Positions 51,968 through 64,000 of a stretch of DNA of 64,000 nt are shown piece by piece. Made by a program: the position numbers and the translations under genes. How positions within the stretch are numbered: position 1 is the first letter of the stretch; the number at the start of each line of letters is the position of its first letter. The notes beneath the pieces were generated by a model. That model did not search any database and was not told where the DNA came from. It saw only the letters and a program-made list of their open reading frames with translations. The stretch is taken from NCBI GenBank assembly GCA_964016885.1, contig OZ024752.1, positions 12,276,001 through 12,340,000 on the forward strand, written 5' to 3'. This DNA is from Eledone cirrhosa (taxonomy: Eukaryota).

Positions 51968-52342
51968 GGCACATGGCTTAGTGGTTAGAGCATTGGCCTT
52001 GCAATCGAAAGGTTGTGAGTTCAATTCTCAGACTGGGTGATGTGTTGTTTCCTTGAGCAAGACACTTTATTTCACATTGCTCCAGTTTACTTAGCTGTAG
52101 AAATGAGATGATAGATACTGGGGTCCCTATCATTCCACTGCAAAATGATAGTGGAGGTGCCACGGCAAAATAGCACCCAGCACTCTCTGTAAAGTGGATG
52201 TGTAGGCGCCACGGAAAAAAGCACCCAGCACTCACTGTAAATGAGGTTGATGTTAGGAAGGGCATCCAGCTGTAGAATCAGTTCCCATCCCACCCTTGCA
52301 AGCAGGGAAAAGCGGACGTAAAATGATGATGATGATGATGAT
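51968..52342 (+). mobile_element. tRNA-head SINE family C with RTE-type tail (copies at 21810-22158, 42805-43105, 55205-55548 on the minus strand)
   Basis: tggcttagtgg A box, gagttcaattc B box, CORE-like segment, gttaggaagggcatccagc body, cccacccttgcaagcagggaaaagcggacgtaaaa(tga)n tail. Confidence 0.88.
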
Positions 52343-52359
52343 ATATGTGTTTGTGTGTG

Positions 52360-52408
<49 letters not shown>

Positions 52409-52803
52409 GTGTGTGTGTATATGTATATATATATATATGTGTGTGTGTATATATGTGTGTGTGTGTATATATCATCATCATCATCATCACCGTTTTACGT
52501 CCGTTCTTCCACGCTAGCATGGGTTAGACGGGTTGTCCTGTTGTGTGCAGTGTCTGGTCGGCTGACCATGCCTTGCTCATACAGGAAGTGATTCTGGCTT
52601 GATTTCTACAGCTGGATGCCCTTCCTAACACCAACCTCATTTACAGTGAGTGCTGGGTGCTTTTTTGCCGTGGCACCTCCACGACCACCTTGCGGTGGGG
52701 GGGGGGGGCATATTGTTTATATGCTTCAGCATGTACCCATGGGAGGTCGGGTACTCTGTATTACTGCGTGACGCCAGAAGTCACGGTCGTGTGTCATTGT
52801 CTT

Positions 52804-52861
<58 letters not shown>

Positions 52862-53194
52862 TGTATTGAACACCTGCAATAACTAAACAAAATTCTAGCC
52901 TGTCTACTTTGTCTTGAATAATAAAACCATTAAAATCCTACATAAATATTGTTTTTGTCACCATTCAAAGTGTGTATTCATTTTGGGGGGAGGGACACCC
53001 TTCATGCATGTTGTGGCACCACCATCTGATGATAAGGGCCCCAGTTGATACAATCAAGTAAACTGCCTGTTTGTGAAATTAACGTGTAAGTGGCTGAATA
53101 TTTTAAAATAGTTCTAAGGGAGATTCAACAGGACACAAACGGCTATTATTGGTTTCCATTTTCAGTTGAGTGTTTTGCTCAAGAACACAACACA

Positions 53195-53833
53195 CAACCC
53201 AGTCTGGGAATCGAACACAGCAACCTTACCACTAAGCCACACAACCCAGCCCAGGAATTGAACCCACACCATTATGATTGTATGTCCAGCACCCTTACCA
53301 CTAGGCCACACAACCCAGCCCAGGAATTGAACTCACACTATTATGATTGTATGTCCAGCACCCTTACCACTAGGCCACACAACCCAGCCCAGGAATTGAA
53401 CTCACACTATTATGATTGTATGTCCAGCACCCTTACCACTAGGCCACACAACCCAGCCCAGGAATTGAACTCACACCATTATGATTGTGTGTCCAGCAAC
53501 CTTACCACTAGGCCACACAACCCAGCCCAGGAATTGAACTCACACCATTATGATTGTGTGTCCAGCAACCTTACCACTAGGCCACACAACCCAGCTCAGG
53601 AATTGAACTCACACCATTATGATTGTATGTCCAGCAACCTTACCACTAGGCCACACAACCCAGCCCAGGAATTGAACCCACAACATTATGATCGTAAGTT
53701 CAATCCCCTTACCACTAGGCCACACAACCCAGCCCAGGAATTGAACCCACAACATTATGATCGTAAGTTCAATCCCCTTACCACTAGGCCACACAACCCA
53801 GCCCAGGAATTGAACCCACACCCTTACCACTAG
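53195..53833 (-). repeat. 69-bp tandem array of a tRNA-like SINE head (~9 units)
   Basis: Minus-strand unit tgtggcctagtggtaagggtgctggacatacaatcataatggtgtgagttcaattcctgggctgggttg matches the head of the SINE at 8418. Confidence 0.88.
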
Positions 53834-54296
53834 GAGAGCAGCTCCAATATAAAGTGATCAGTTCAATAAACATCAAATGTCCTACTTTATAATTGTTAAT
53901 AGAGAGGGGGAGAAGAGGAGGGGGGGGGCATGATAGGAGACACACCAGCTGTTGAATACTTCTCCTTTACTACTATAATACATTAAACAGATGGTGTGAA
54001 GCGGAGGAGGGACGTATTGATTCTTTTGAACTTGATATATATATATATGTGTGTGTGTATATATATATATATATTATATATATATATACGTCCAGAATTA
54101 GCCGTCAAAACGGCTTGAGCTCTGCCGTCGGGGTCATACTTGTTCCTATTACCCACTCTACTACTTTAAGTATTGAATACTTTGGTGCGTTATGGTTCAT
54201 CTGGTTCCTTACTACATTTCCTTTGTTATATATATATATATATGGGTGGGTCTGTATGTGTGTATACATATATATATGTCTGTGTGTATATATATA

Positions 54297-55188
54297 CAGG
54301 GTGTGGACGATATTTGTTCGCAATTTTCAACTGCTAACTTTATGCAAGTTGTTTTTACTTCCGTTGTCACTCTTGTCTTCATAAAAACAGTGACTATATT
54401 TTCATTATTTATTTTCAGAATAATTGATTATGAATAATTTTGAATCTCCAAATTTGTGGAAAAGACACAGAGTTCTTCTTGGAATCCATGCCGGGAAGAC
54501 AAATAAGCCCAGAAAATCAACTCCCAGAACAACAGGTGGCTCGCTGTCTCATCCAAAGACGTGCCCAGAGTCATGCAGACAAAGTTTCCAGTGACAACAT
54601 TGGTCTTAGGTGTCGTCAGCAGTCAAGGTTACAGCATGCCACCCCACTTCTTCCCCGAGGGCCTCAAGCTGAACACCGATGGCTACATCCGCGTTCTAAG
54701 CGAGGTAGTAAAGCCCTGGATCGACCAGGTAGCTGCAGGTAGGCCGTACGTGTGGCAGCAAGACTCAGCGCCCTGCCATACCAGCCGGAAGACCCAAGCC
54801 TGGCTGTCAGAGAACTTCGTCGACCACACTTCACCTGACATCTGGCCTCCCAGCTCACCTGACTGCAACCCCCTCGACTTCTTTGTGTGGGGCGCAGTGG
54901 AACGAGACACCAACAGATCTAGCTGCAATACGAAAGACGATCTGAAGGCCAGGATCACAAGTGCCTTTAGGGGCCTAAGTCAGGGGACAGTGCCGAAGGC
55001 CTGTAGCCGGTTCCGAGGCCACCTTGAGGCCGTCACCAAAGCCAATGGTGGGTTTATCGAGTGAGATCGAAAGAACAAGTCATGAAGACAAACTGACCCA
55101 AGTTTGATAAATATATCTTAAAAAATAAAACTACTGTGTTATTTTTTCCTAGACAGTAATCTTGCGAACAAATATCGTCCCCACCCTG
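54297..55188 (+). mobile_element. Tc1/mariner-superfamily DD37D (maT) transposon with internal deletion
   Basis: TA-cagggtgtggacgatatttgttcgcaa / ttgcgaacaaatatcgtccccaccctg-TA TIRs; QQDSAPCH..WPPSSPDCNPLD with 37 residues between the second and third D. Confidence 0.92.
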
Positions 55189-55610
55189 TATATATATATA
55201 TATTATCATCATCATCATTTCATTTTACGTTCGCTTTTTCCCTGCTTGCAAGGGTGGGACGGCAACTGATGCTGGCTTGATTTCTACAGCTGGATGCCCT
55301 TCCTAACACCAACCTCATTTACAGTGAGCGCTGGGTGCTTTTTTGCCGTGACACCTCCACGACCACTTTGCAGTGGTATGATAGGGACCCCAGTCACTAT
55401 CACCTCATTTCTACAACTGAGTAAACTGGAGCAATGTGAAATAAAGTGTCTTGCTCAAGGAAACAACACATCACCCAGTCTGAGAATTGAACTCACAACC
55501 TTTCGATTGCAAGGCCAATGCTCTAACCACTAAGCCATGTGCCTCCAGGTAAAACTTGAACCGTTAAGATCTCGTTCCTGGATATGACAATATTTATAAA
55601 ACAAACTTTG

Positions 55611-55671
55611 TATTTTATCTGATGAGTGCGTACCAAAGTTTTGGTACCCTTGAAATATATATAATAGAATA
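55611..55671 (+). ncRNA. Hammerhead motif (paralogue of 10563-10623)
   Basis: tattttat-CTGATGA-gtgcgtaccaaagttttggtaccctt-GAAA-tatata-TA-atagaata. Confidence 0.75.
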
Positions 55672-55888
55672 AATATGGTTTTATAAATATAGTTTCCATT
55701 TATTAATAACATTGATTATATATATTTGTTGAATTACCAACAAATTAAATATCCGTTTGCTTATATATATATATATGTAAGTATATGATATTAGGACTTG
55801 CTGGACCGGCAATTGCTCTGTATAATCAGCTCCTGATTATTACTGGAATTCTATAAGAATCCAGCTTCTATAATTTTCGGTGGAAGCA

Positions 55889-55950
55889 AGGGAGTGCGTG
55901 GCTCTGATGAATGCCAACCAGCGTGAAACAGACTGTCAGCTTCTCTCCCT
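55889..55950 (+). ncRNA. Minimal type I hammerhead ribozyme motif
   Basis: agggag..ggct-CTGATGA-atgc caacca gcgt-GAAA-cagactg-TC-agct..ctccct. Confidence 0.8.
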
Positions 55951-57559
55951 TCTTTCGCCGAAAAGAAGTAAGTGACTTAGTCACTATTTTAAAGCTGATA
56001 TGGAATGGTCTTCTAAATATTTTTAATTAAACATATGGTATATTGCCAAATATACGACACATACATATGTATAGATATATTCATATATAGGTTATTGGTA
56101 TAATTTCAGGGGAGTGAAAGCAGAGTTTTTTTAATATTATTTGGAATGTTTGAGCAAGCAAGTCAGTAATTATCATCATCAATATCATCATCATTATCTC
56201 AATTACCCTTTCCATGCTGTCATGTGTTGGACAGGCTGTCATGGACCATGACCAGATGGGTCAGAGTAACGTATCTTGCTTGTCATGTTCTATATTTGCT
56301 ATGAATTCTATGGCTGGATGCCCTGCATAATGTCAACATTCTTAACCCTTTAACATTTACATTACTCTATATATACTATTGTATTTTCATGGTCAAGTCT
56401 TTACCTCACATAATATCTCACATAATATCGAATCTATGAGATTTTGATATTGTTTATTTTGAGAACAATACCTTAACATAAGTATGAGGGGCTGGTTATG
56501 GCCGGTTTGAACAGAAAGAGGTGAGCGAATTCTGGCCGTATATGGCCGGTTTAAATGCTAAAGGATTAAAGCCTGTGTTGGATGTGTTTTTCATGATGAC
56601 ACCAAAACTACAGTTTTGTCTTTGCATGTAATTGTTCTCATCGCTCCACATAACAACGTATTATCTTCGTTTTTTCCGTTCATTACCAGAGAACGTCTCC
56701 ACGAACCAAAGTATCGTCTTCCTGTTTTCCTTCGGTTGCAACGCTTTTCGAAATATTTACTTCTGAGTTCACAGATTGATTTTTTTAGTTTCAGAAGACC
56801 CCATTAAGGGTGAAAGCAGCGATTCTTTAATTAAACTTTAATCTGTTATTTTAATAAATATTTGCTCTAGGGCTCTTAGATATTTGATATATATTTATCC
56901 TTATCGAACACTCTTTGGATTTTAGTCTTCACATTTATTATTATTACTATATATATAGTATAAAATAGACGTTAAATGATGATGATATATATATATATAT
57001 ATATCATCATCGTTTAATGTCTATTTTCCACGCTAGCATAGGTTAGATGGGTTTGTCCCATTAGAGGCAAGTTGGGTCAAGTGACTGTGTCTCACTCATA
57101 TAGGACTGTTTCTGGCTGGTTTTCTACAGCTGGATGCCCTTCCTAATGCCAACCACATTTATAGTGTGGGCTGGGTGCTTTTTGCTGTGTCTTTTACACA
57201 ACCACTTTACTGTATGGGTTGGATGTTTTACAGTACCAACATGATATATATATATATGTCTTGCTCATACTGATTCGTTAAGCCAATGAAGAAGACTTTG
57301 TGTAGTCGCTCGATCTGCCAGAATTAGCAGCCAAATCTTCCATAAATGACACCCTAAATATTAGAAAGTTGCATCCATTGACTAATAAAATCTGAGATTC
57401 TAAACAAATGATGGGAGGGTGGGGAACACATGTGAAATTATTATTATTTAATTTTTAACCTACTAAAAACATGAGTTTATTTCAATAGAATCTATACAAG
57501 CACAATTTATATTAATAAAAAAAAGGGTTATAACCAGGGGTGCTGGAGTTTCCTCTGAC

Positions 57560-58125
57560 AAATTTTGAGGCAAGCCAACACACTTGCAGCATTGATGCAG
57601 GCAGGGCTGAATTTAATGGGGGGCAAAGTGGACAATTTCTCCGGGCTCCCTGAAGTGAGGCCCCACTAGCGATAGCCATAACAATTTAGTTGTACCCTCA
57701 GCTGGGCCTTTTTAGTTTTAGGATGGTTAGAAGTTTTGAATTTAATACCTGTATGTATAACTTTTCAATTCCAGTTACTTGTACCAAGATAACTTTGATA
57801 TGTAAAATTGGGGGTGTTTGCTATGTTTTCTAATTTTTTGTGTATGAGACCCCCACCCTCCCAAACCTGAAGTACCCCAGCCCCAACAAGGTCTAAATCT
57901 GACCTTGGCTGCAGGTGATAGTGAGGTTAACACTGAAATAACCAAGTACCTTTATTAGGAGCATCACTTGATACATCAGTAAGCTAAGCTATCAGCAATG
58001 ACAAAAGCCTTGTTGTCAGCCACCCTGCAGGTCTTGAATGCCTCAGGCTGAAAGAAATAATTTGCCAATAATTTCTGGTATTCTAGAATTTTGTCCCATT
58101 CTGCTATGGATGCAGTGACCCTCAT
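57560..58125 (-). mobile_element. Old fragments of a CRE-like RLE domain, interrupted by a probable MITE (~57601-57908)
   Basis: ASIAEWDK..YFFQPEAF and NAASVLACLK resemble 21290-21530. Confidence 0.55.
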
Positions 58126-58224
58126 CTGATAATGAAAATTATTTTGTACAGTGCTCAGGTGCACTACAACTCATCAAAGGTGCATGTATGATACATAGAA
58201 TAACATATAAATGTCAGGAAAATG

Positions 58225-59590
58225 ACATACATACACACACACATACACACAAACACACACTCACACACACCATCACAGACACACTCACTCACACAAACAC
58301 ACACACACTCACACACATAAACACACACACACTCACACACACAAACACACACATACACTCACACACACACTCACAGACACATACACTCACAAAAACACAC
58401 ACACACACTCACACACAAACACACACACACACACACAAACACACACATACACTCACACACTCACAGACACATACACTCACAAACACACACACACACACTC
58501 ACACACAAACACACACACACACTCACACACAAACACACACACACACTCACACACACAGACACATACACTCACACAAACACACACACTCACACACAAACAC
58601 ACACACACACTCACACACACAGACACATACACTCACACAAACACACACACTCACACACAAACACACACACACCCACAAACACACACACTCACTAACACAC
58701 AAACACACACAAACACACACTCACAAACACACAAACACACACAAACACACACATACACAAACACACACACACAAAAACATAAACACACACAAACACACAC
58801 TCACACACAAATACACAAACACACACACTCACAAAAAGTTTTATTTAAAAAACTAAAACTTACTTCTATTCTCCAAATCCACACACACACCCTCACACAC
58901 ACTCACACACACACTCACACACACAAACAGACACATACACTCACACAAACACACACACACAAACACACACTCACCCACACACACAAACACACACACTCAC
59001 TAACACACAAACACACACACACTCACACACACAAACACACAATCTCACACACACAAACACACACACTCACTAACACAAACACACACACTCACTAACACAC
59101 ACAAACACACACAAACACACACAAACACACACACACAAACACACACAAACACACACATACACAAACACACACAAACACATAAACACACACAAGCACACAC
59201 TCACACAAATACACAAACACACACAAAAAGTTTTATTTAAAAAACTAAAACTTAATTCTATTCTCCAAATCCACACACACACCCTCACACACACCTTCAC
59301 ACACACTCACACACACACACACACTCACACACACAAACAGACACATACACTCACACAAACACACACACTCACACACACAAACACACACTCACCCACACAA
59401 ACACACACTCACCCACACACACAAACACACACACTCACTAACACACACAAACACACAATCACAAACACACACACTCACTAACACAAACACACACACTCAC
59501 TAACACACACAGACACACACACTCACACACACAAACACAAACACACACAAACACACACTCACACATACATACACAAACACACACACTCAC
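58225..59590. repeat. (CA)-rich tract containing two copies of the exon-1 donor junction
   Basis: Seen directly; copies at 58833-58879 and 59225-59271. Confidence 0.9.
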
Positions 59591-59620
59591 AAAAGTTTTA
59601 TTTAAAAAACTAAAACTTAC

Positions 59621-59686
59621 TTCTATTCTCCAAATCTCCAAACCTGGATATTTACCACTTGCATTGAAAGCTTCGTCATTCGGCAT
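59621..59686 (-). CDS. Gelsolin-family coding exon 1 (MPNDEAFNASGKYPGLEIWRIE)
   Basis: ATG at 59686, GLEIWRIE motif, GTAAGT donor, 66 nt, phase 0. The start codon is inferred; an upstream exon cannot be excluded. Confidence 0.88.
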
Positions 59687-59952
59687 TATTACACATCTAA
59701 CTATATACACACATAGATAGATAAATCCTCACAGCTGAAGAATCCTACTTGTTGGGTGGAAAACAAAGACTAATAAGATGGGTAAGCTCCAGCACCCCTT
59801 CAACTGGTGGCAGATTTAATATAACTTCTATTTGTTTTCTCTCTTTTGTTTTACATAATTGTTTTTTTTATATATGTTTGGTCATGCATTCTATTTAAGT
59901 ATGTAAATTCAATTCTATTGAATTTTATATAAATTCTGTTGAATTAAAATAT

Positions 59953-60120
59953 ACAGTGAAGTTCCATTATAATGAAGGTCACAGAGTATAAAAATTCTTT
60001 ATAACAAGATCAACCAAAACAAATTGAGTGCTTGTTGTAATTATCTTGGGGATAGAAAAAAAATTTGTTGTACTGAAAAATTCGTTATAATGGTATTCGT
60101 TATAACGGAATTTTACTTGT
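59953..60120. mobile_element. Degenerate Tigger/pogo-like MITE
   Basis: ta-cagtgaagttccattataatg ... cgttataacggaattttacttg-ta. Confidence 0.5.
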
Positions 60121-60301
60121 ATACTTTTTCAAATATTCGGCTCCAGGTATTGAAAGTTTTCCTAGGTTGTTGCTCCCGGCACAAAGCAAACTGTGAACCA
60201 CTGTGTATGAGTTCTTTAGTCAATCAATAGATCAATATTTACTTGAGAAAGAAAAAAAATAAGGAACATGAGTGAGGGAAACAGAGAAATGATAGATAGA
60301 T

Positions 60302-60338
<37 letters not shown>

Positions 60339-60409
60339 AGGAGGGAATGGGACAGCAAGAGTGTATGTTTGTTTATATAAAATATATATGCATTGTGTGT
60401 CCATCAAGA

Positions 60410-60466
<57 letters not shown>

Positions 60467-60739
60467 CTTGTGTATGTGTGTGCATATGTTTAAGAATGTG
60501 TGTGTGTATGTTTGTTATGATTGACACTGTTACAGTTATTTTCTGAGTTTGGGATTCCCACATTATATATATATTTTTTTTTCCAGGGATCATTTATAAA
60601 AATAAATCTCATATGGTCATTCCATGAGAGTATCTTGGTCAGCCTACAAACTTTCAGCTGACCCACTTATATATATATATATATCGACAGTCGATTGACT
60701 TTCATCAAATCGGACTGAGGAAACAATGTTTCCGTTGGT

Positions 60740-61144
60740 CCTGCCATACCAGCCGAAAGACCCAAGCCTGGCTGTCAGAGAACTTCGTCGACCACACTTC
60801 TCCTGACATCTGACCTCCCAGCTCGCCTGACTGCAACCCCCTCGACTTCTTTGTGTGGGGCGCAGTGGAACGAGACACCAACAGATCTAGCTGCAATACG
60901 AAAGACGATCTGAATGCCAGGATCACAAGTGCCTTTAGGGGCCTAAGTCGGGAGACAGTGACGAAGGCCTGTAGCCGGTTCCGAGGCCACCTTCAAAGCC
61001 AATGGCAGGTTTATTGAGTGAGATCGAAAAAGCAAGTTATGAAGACAGACTGACCCAAGTTTGATAAATATATCTTAAAAAATAAAACTACTGTGTTTTT
61101 TTTCCTAGACAGTAATCTTGCGAACAAATATCGTTTGCACCCTG
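60740..61144 (+). mobile_element. Truncated second copy of the DD37D element (3' half with right TIR)
   Basis: Near-identical to 54771-55188, with an in-frame stop. Confidence 0.9.
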
Positions 61145-61155
61145 TATATATATAT

Positions 61156-63480
61156 ATCATCATCATCATCATCATCATCATTTTACGTCCACTTTTCCCT
61201 GCTTGCAAGGGTGGGACGGGTCTTATTCAGCACAGCATCTCTCCACTTGTCACGGTCCTTCGTCATCTCCACCGTGAGCTTCATCGATCTGAGGTCTGTT
61301 CTCACCACCTCCGCCCATGTTTTTCGTGGTTGACCTCTACCACGTCTTCCTTCAACTGGCATTTCCTGGCACTTCTTCACCCATCGGTCACCCTCCATGC
61401 GCATCACATGTCCATACCACCTCAGTCTCCTCTCTCACACACTACATTCTATCCCTCTCAGACAAAGTTTCTCTCTCAACACATTCATGCTGGGTCGTTC
61501 ACGCACAATGACATTACACATCCTACAGCGCATGCTTGCCTCATTTCTCTCCAGCCATCGCATATCCTCTGCAATTGCTGCCCATGTCTCACTACCATGC
61601 AGCATCGCGCTCCTCACACAAGCATCATATAACCGGCCTTTCGTACGCAGGGAGAAACCCTTCTTCGTCAGCAGAGGAAGCAGCTCCCTAAACTTCTTCC
61701 AACCCGTCCTTATTTTGGATACTATGGCCTCGGAACACCCCTCCCATGCTAATCTGATCTCCTAGGTACCGGAAGCTATCCACCACTTCTATAGCACCCG
61801 CCTGCATTTGAAAAATGTGTTTATCAATGCGACTTCTACTGTCTAATTTCCCTGTACATCTATTGCATACGTATTTCTCCCTACCTGTTAGTTTGCCTGC
61901 TATCCCACTACATCTCTTGTGTACCCTGGATCTGCATTGTGTGCATTTTATAGAATTTATGCCAGTTCCTTTTCTGCATATCGAACATGGCCATTTCCCT
62001 GACGGAATCAGAGTTTTGTCCTCTTTTCTACTCATCAACACTTTTTTCTTAGCTAGGTTCACTCTCAGTTCTCTTGCTTCCAACTGCTGTTTCCATAGCC
62101 AGAATTTATTCTCTAGCTCCTCTACTGATTCTGCTATAAGAGCCAGATCATCAGCATAGAAAAGTTCCCATGGACAGCCAGTCTTAAACTCCTCTGTTAT
62201 AGCTTGGAGGACTATAATGAACAAGAGAGGATTGAGGACCGAACACTGATGTACTCCTACTTGTATCTGGAATTCCTCACTAAACTCCATTCCTACCCTG
62301 ACTTTACTGACAGCACCTCTGTACAAAGTTTGCACTGTCCTCACAAGCCATTCCTCAACACCTAGTTTCCTTAGGGACCACCAGATGACAGATCGGGGTA
62401 CCCTATCAAAGGACTTCTCCAGTTCAACAAAGGCTAAGTATAGTGGCTTATTCTTCTCTAAGAACCTCTCTTGTAATTGTCTCACCAAGAAGAGAGCCTC
62501 TGTTGTACTTTTCCCAGGCACAAAACCAAACTGCATCTCATCTAGTTTGACGCTTTCTCTAATTAGTTGTGCTAATATCCTTTCTGCCACTTTCATAACC
62601 TGATCTATCAGTTTTATACCTCTATAATTGCTCCTCTCCAGAGCATCCCTTTTACCTTTGTAGCAATTTATGAGAATACTGCTGCACCAGTCTTTGGGTA
62701 TGACACCACCATATATAGCCTGATTGATGATGCGTGCAATCAGTTTAGTGCCTACGTCCCCTGATGCCTTCAGCATCTCAGCAACTATCCCCGATGGTCC
62801 AGCAGCCTTACCATTCTTCATTTCCTTAATCGCCTCTTGGACCCAATATTCGTCAATCTCAATAGCTGGTCTCTCTGTCGGATCTACTGAGGGTAATTTC
62901 TCTCTCTCCCATTCGTTCTCCACATTCATCAGTCTCTCATAATGACATTTCCAGGCCTCCTTTTTCTGATCATTCGTGACACTAAGTACACCGGCATCAT
63001 TCCGGACACATTTATCTCCAACAACATCCTGATTTGCATTGACACACTGCCTTGCAATGTGGAACACCGCACACCCCTGATCTTCCCGTCGCAGAACATT
63101 GGCAAACCTCCTACTCTCAGCCTCCCTGCATGCTAAGTACACCTGACGTCTAACTTCTCTCTTAGCGGCTGTATATCCTTCTCTACTCCCACCCTTTTTC
63201 CAAGCCTTCCATGCTAGTCTTTTGTCTCTAATGGCCTTATCTACTGTGCTGTTCCACCACCAGGTCACTCTCTGTCTGGTTGGAGCTCTGCTCCAGCCAC
63301 AAGTTTCATCAGTAGCCTGCAGTAAGTTGTCACGTAAGAAATTCCAGTTATTATCTATGTCATACGTCTCTAAATCGTCTTCTTTTTCGTCATACACATC
63401 TTGAAGGGCTTTCCTAAATTTGAATTTTAGTGAAAGGTCTTTTAGCTTCCAGACCTTTCTTTTCCACACCTTCCTGTATG
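61156..63480 (-). mobile_element. 5'-truncated RTE-clade LINE
   Basis: 606-aa ORF with RT motifs (YADD), C4HC3 finger, FRYLG, C-terminal GRRGRGQPRKTW, (TGA)n tail. Confidence 0.93.
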
Positions 63481-63520
63481 TCTCATTATATATATATATA
63501 TGTCTCATTATATATATATA

Positions 63521-63721
63521 TAAATGGGTCAGCTGAAAGTTTGTAGGCTGACCAAGATACTCTCATGGAATGACCATATGAGGTTTATTTTTCAAAATAA
63601 TCCCTGTAAAAAAAACAATGCAATTAATAATAAGAAGAGTTGCAATTAATGCATGTAAGATTTCCCAGCTCTAGCATCATTCATTCATAGTCAGCCTATG
63701 AACTTTTCAATTGATCCTCAT
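63521..63721. mobile_element. Mariner-type MITE (half copy inverted at ~60575-60669)
   Basis: TIR gggtcagctgaaagtttgtaggctgac / gtcagcctatgaacttttcaattgatcc; TA flanks. Confidence 0.7.
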
Positions 63722-64000
63722 ATATATATGTATTTATATATATATATCATCATCATCATCATCTTCGTGGAACGTCCATTTTCCATCCTAGCATGGGTTA
63801 GACAGGTTCCCATTTGGGGCAAGTTGTGTCAGGTGACCATGTCTTGCTTACATAGAACTGTTTCTGTCTTGGTTTCTACAGCTGGATGCCCTTCCTAACG
63901 TCAACCACTTTTACAGTGAGTACTGGGTGCTTTTTGTCATGACACCTACATGACATCTTTACAGTGGGCTTGGTGCTTTTGTCATAACACCTACATGACC

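Noticed and set aside
53090-53833. 247-aa repeat ORF or a tRNA gene cluster
   Set aside because: Units are SINE heads with no convincing acceptor stem or terminator; the ORF is a by-product of the 69-bp period
60575-63610. ~100-bp inverted repeats enclosing a maT fragment and an RTE, as a composite transposon
   Set aside because: The TIR ends lie on the inner side; the right copy is a complete MITE with its own second TIR at ~63690-63721

Overview
AT-rich, microsatellite-dense animal genomic DNA, probably an octopod cephalopod (inferred from the SINE/RTE content, not verified). One host gene spans most of the window on the minus strand: a gelsolin/villin-family actin-binding protein. Its 11 coding exons (59686 down to 2749) all have GT-AG boundaries with compatible phases and give 310 aa covering domains G1, G2 and most of G3; the gene continues beyond position 1. 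Introns and flank are filled with RTE LINEs (PHD-type finger inside ORF2), a CRE-like restriction-endonuclease retrotransposon, an L1/Tx1 fragment, a DD37D (maT) transposon, several MITEs, three tRNA-head SINE families and TE-derived tandem arrays. The most striking unannotated signal is about 15 minimal type I hammerhead-ribozyme motifs from many sequence families. They sit in short non-coding units next to (TA)n, often as inverted duplications with one ribozyme per arm. This is the known signature of Penelope-like element pseudo-LTRs, but no Penelope ORF is visible here. All long repetitive ORFs in the track are artefacts of tandem repeats.
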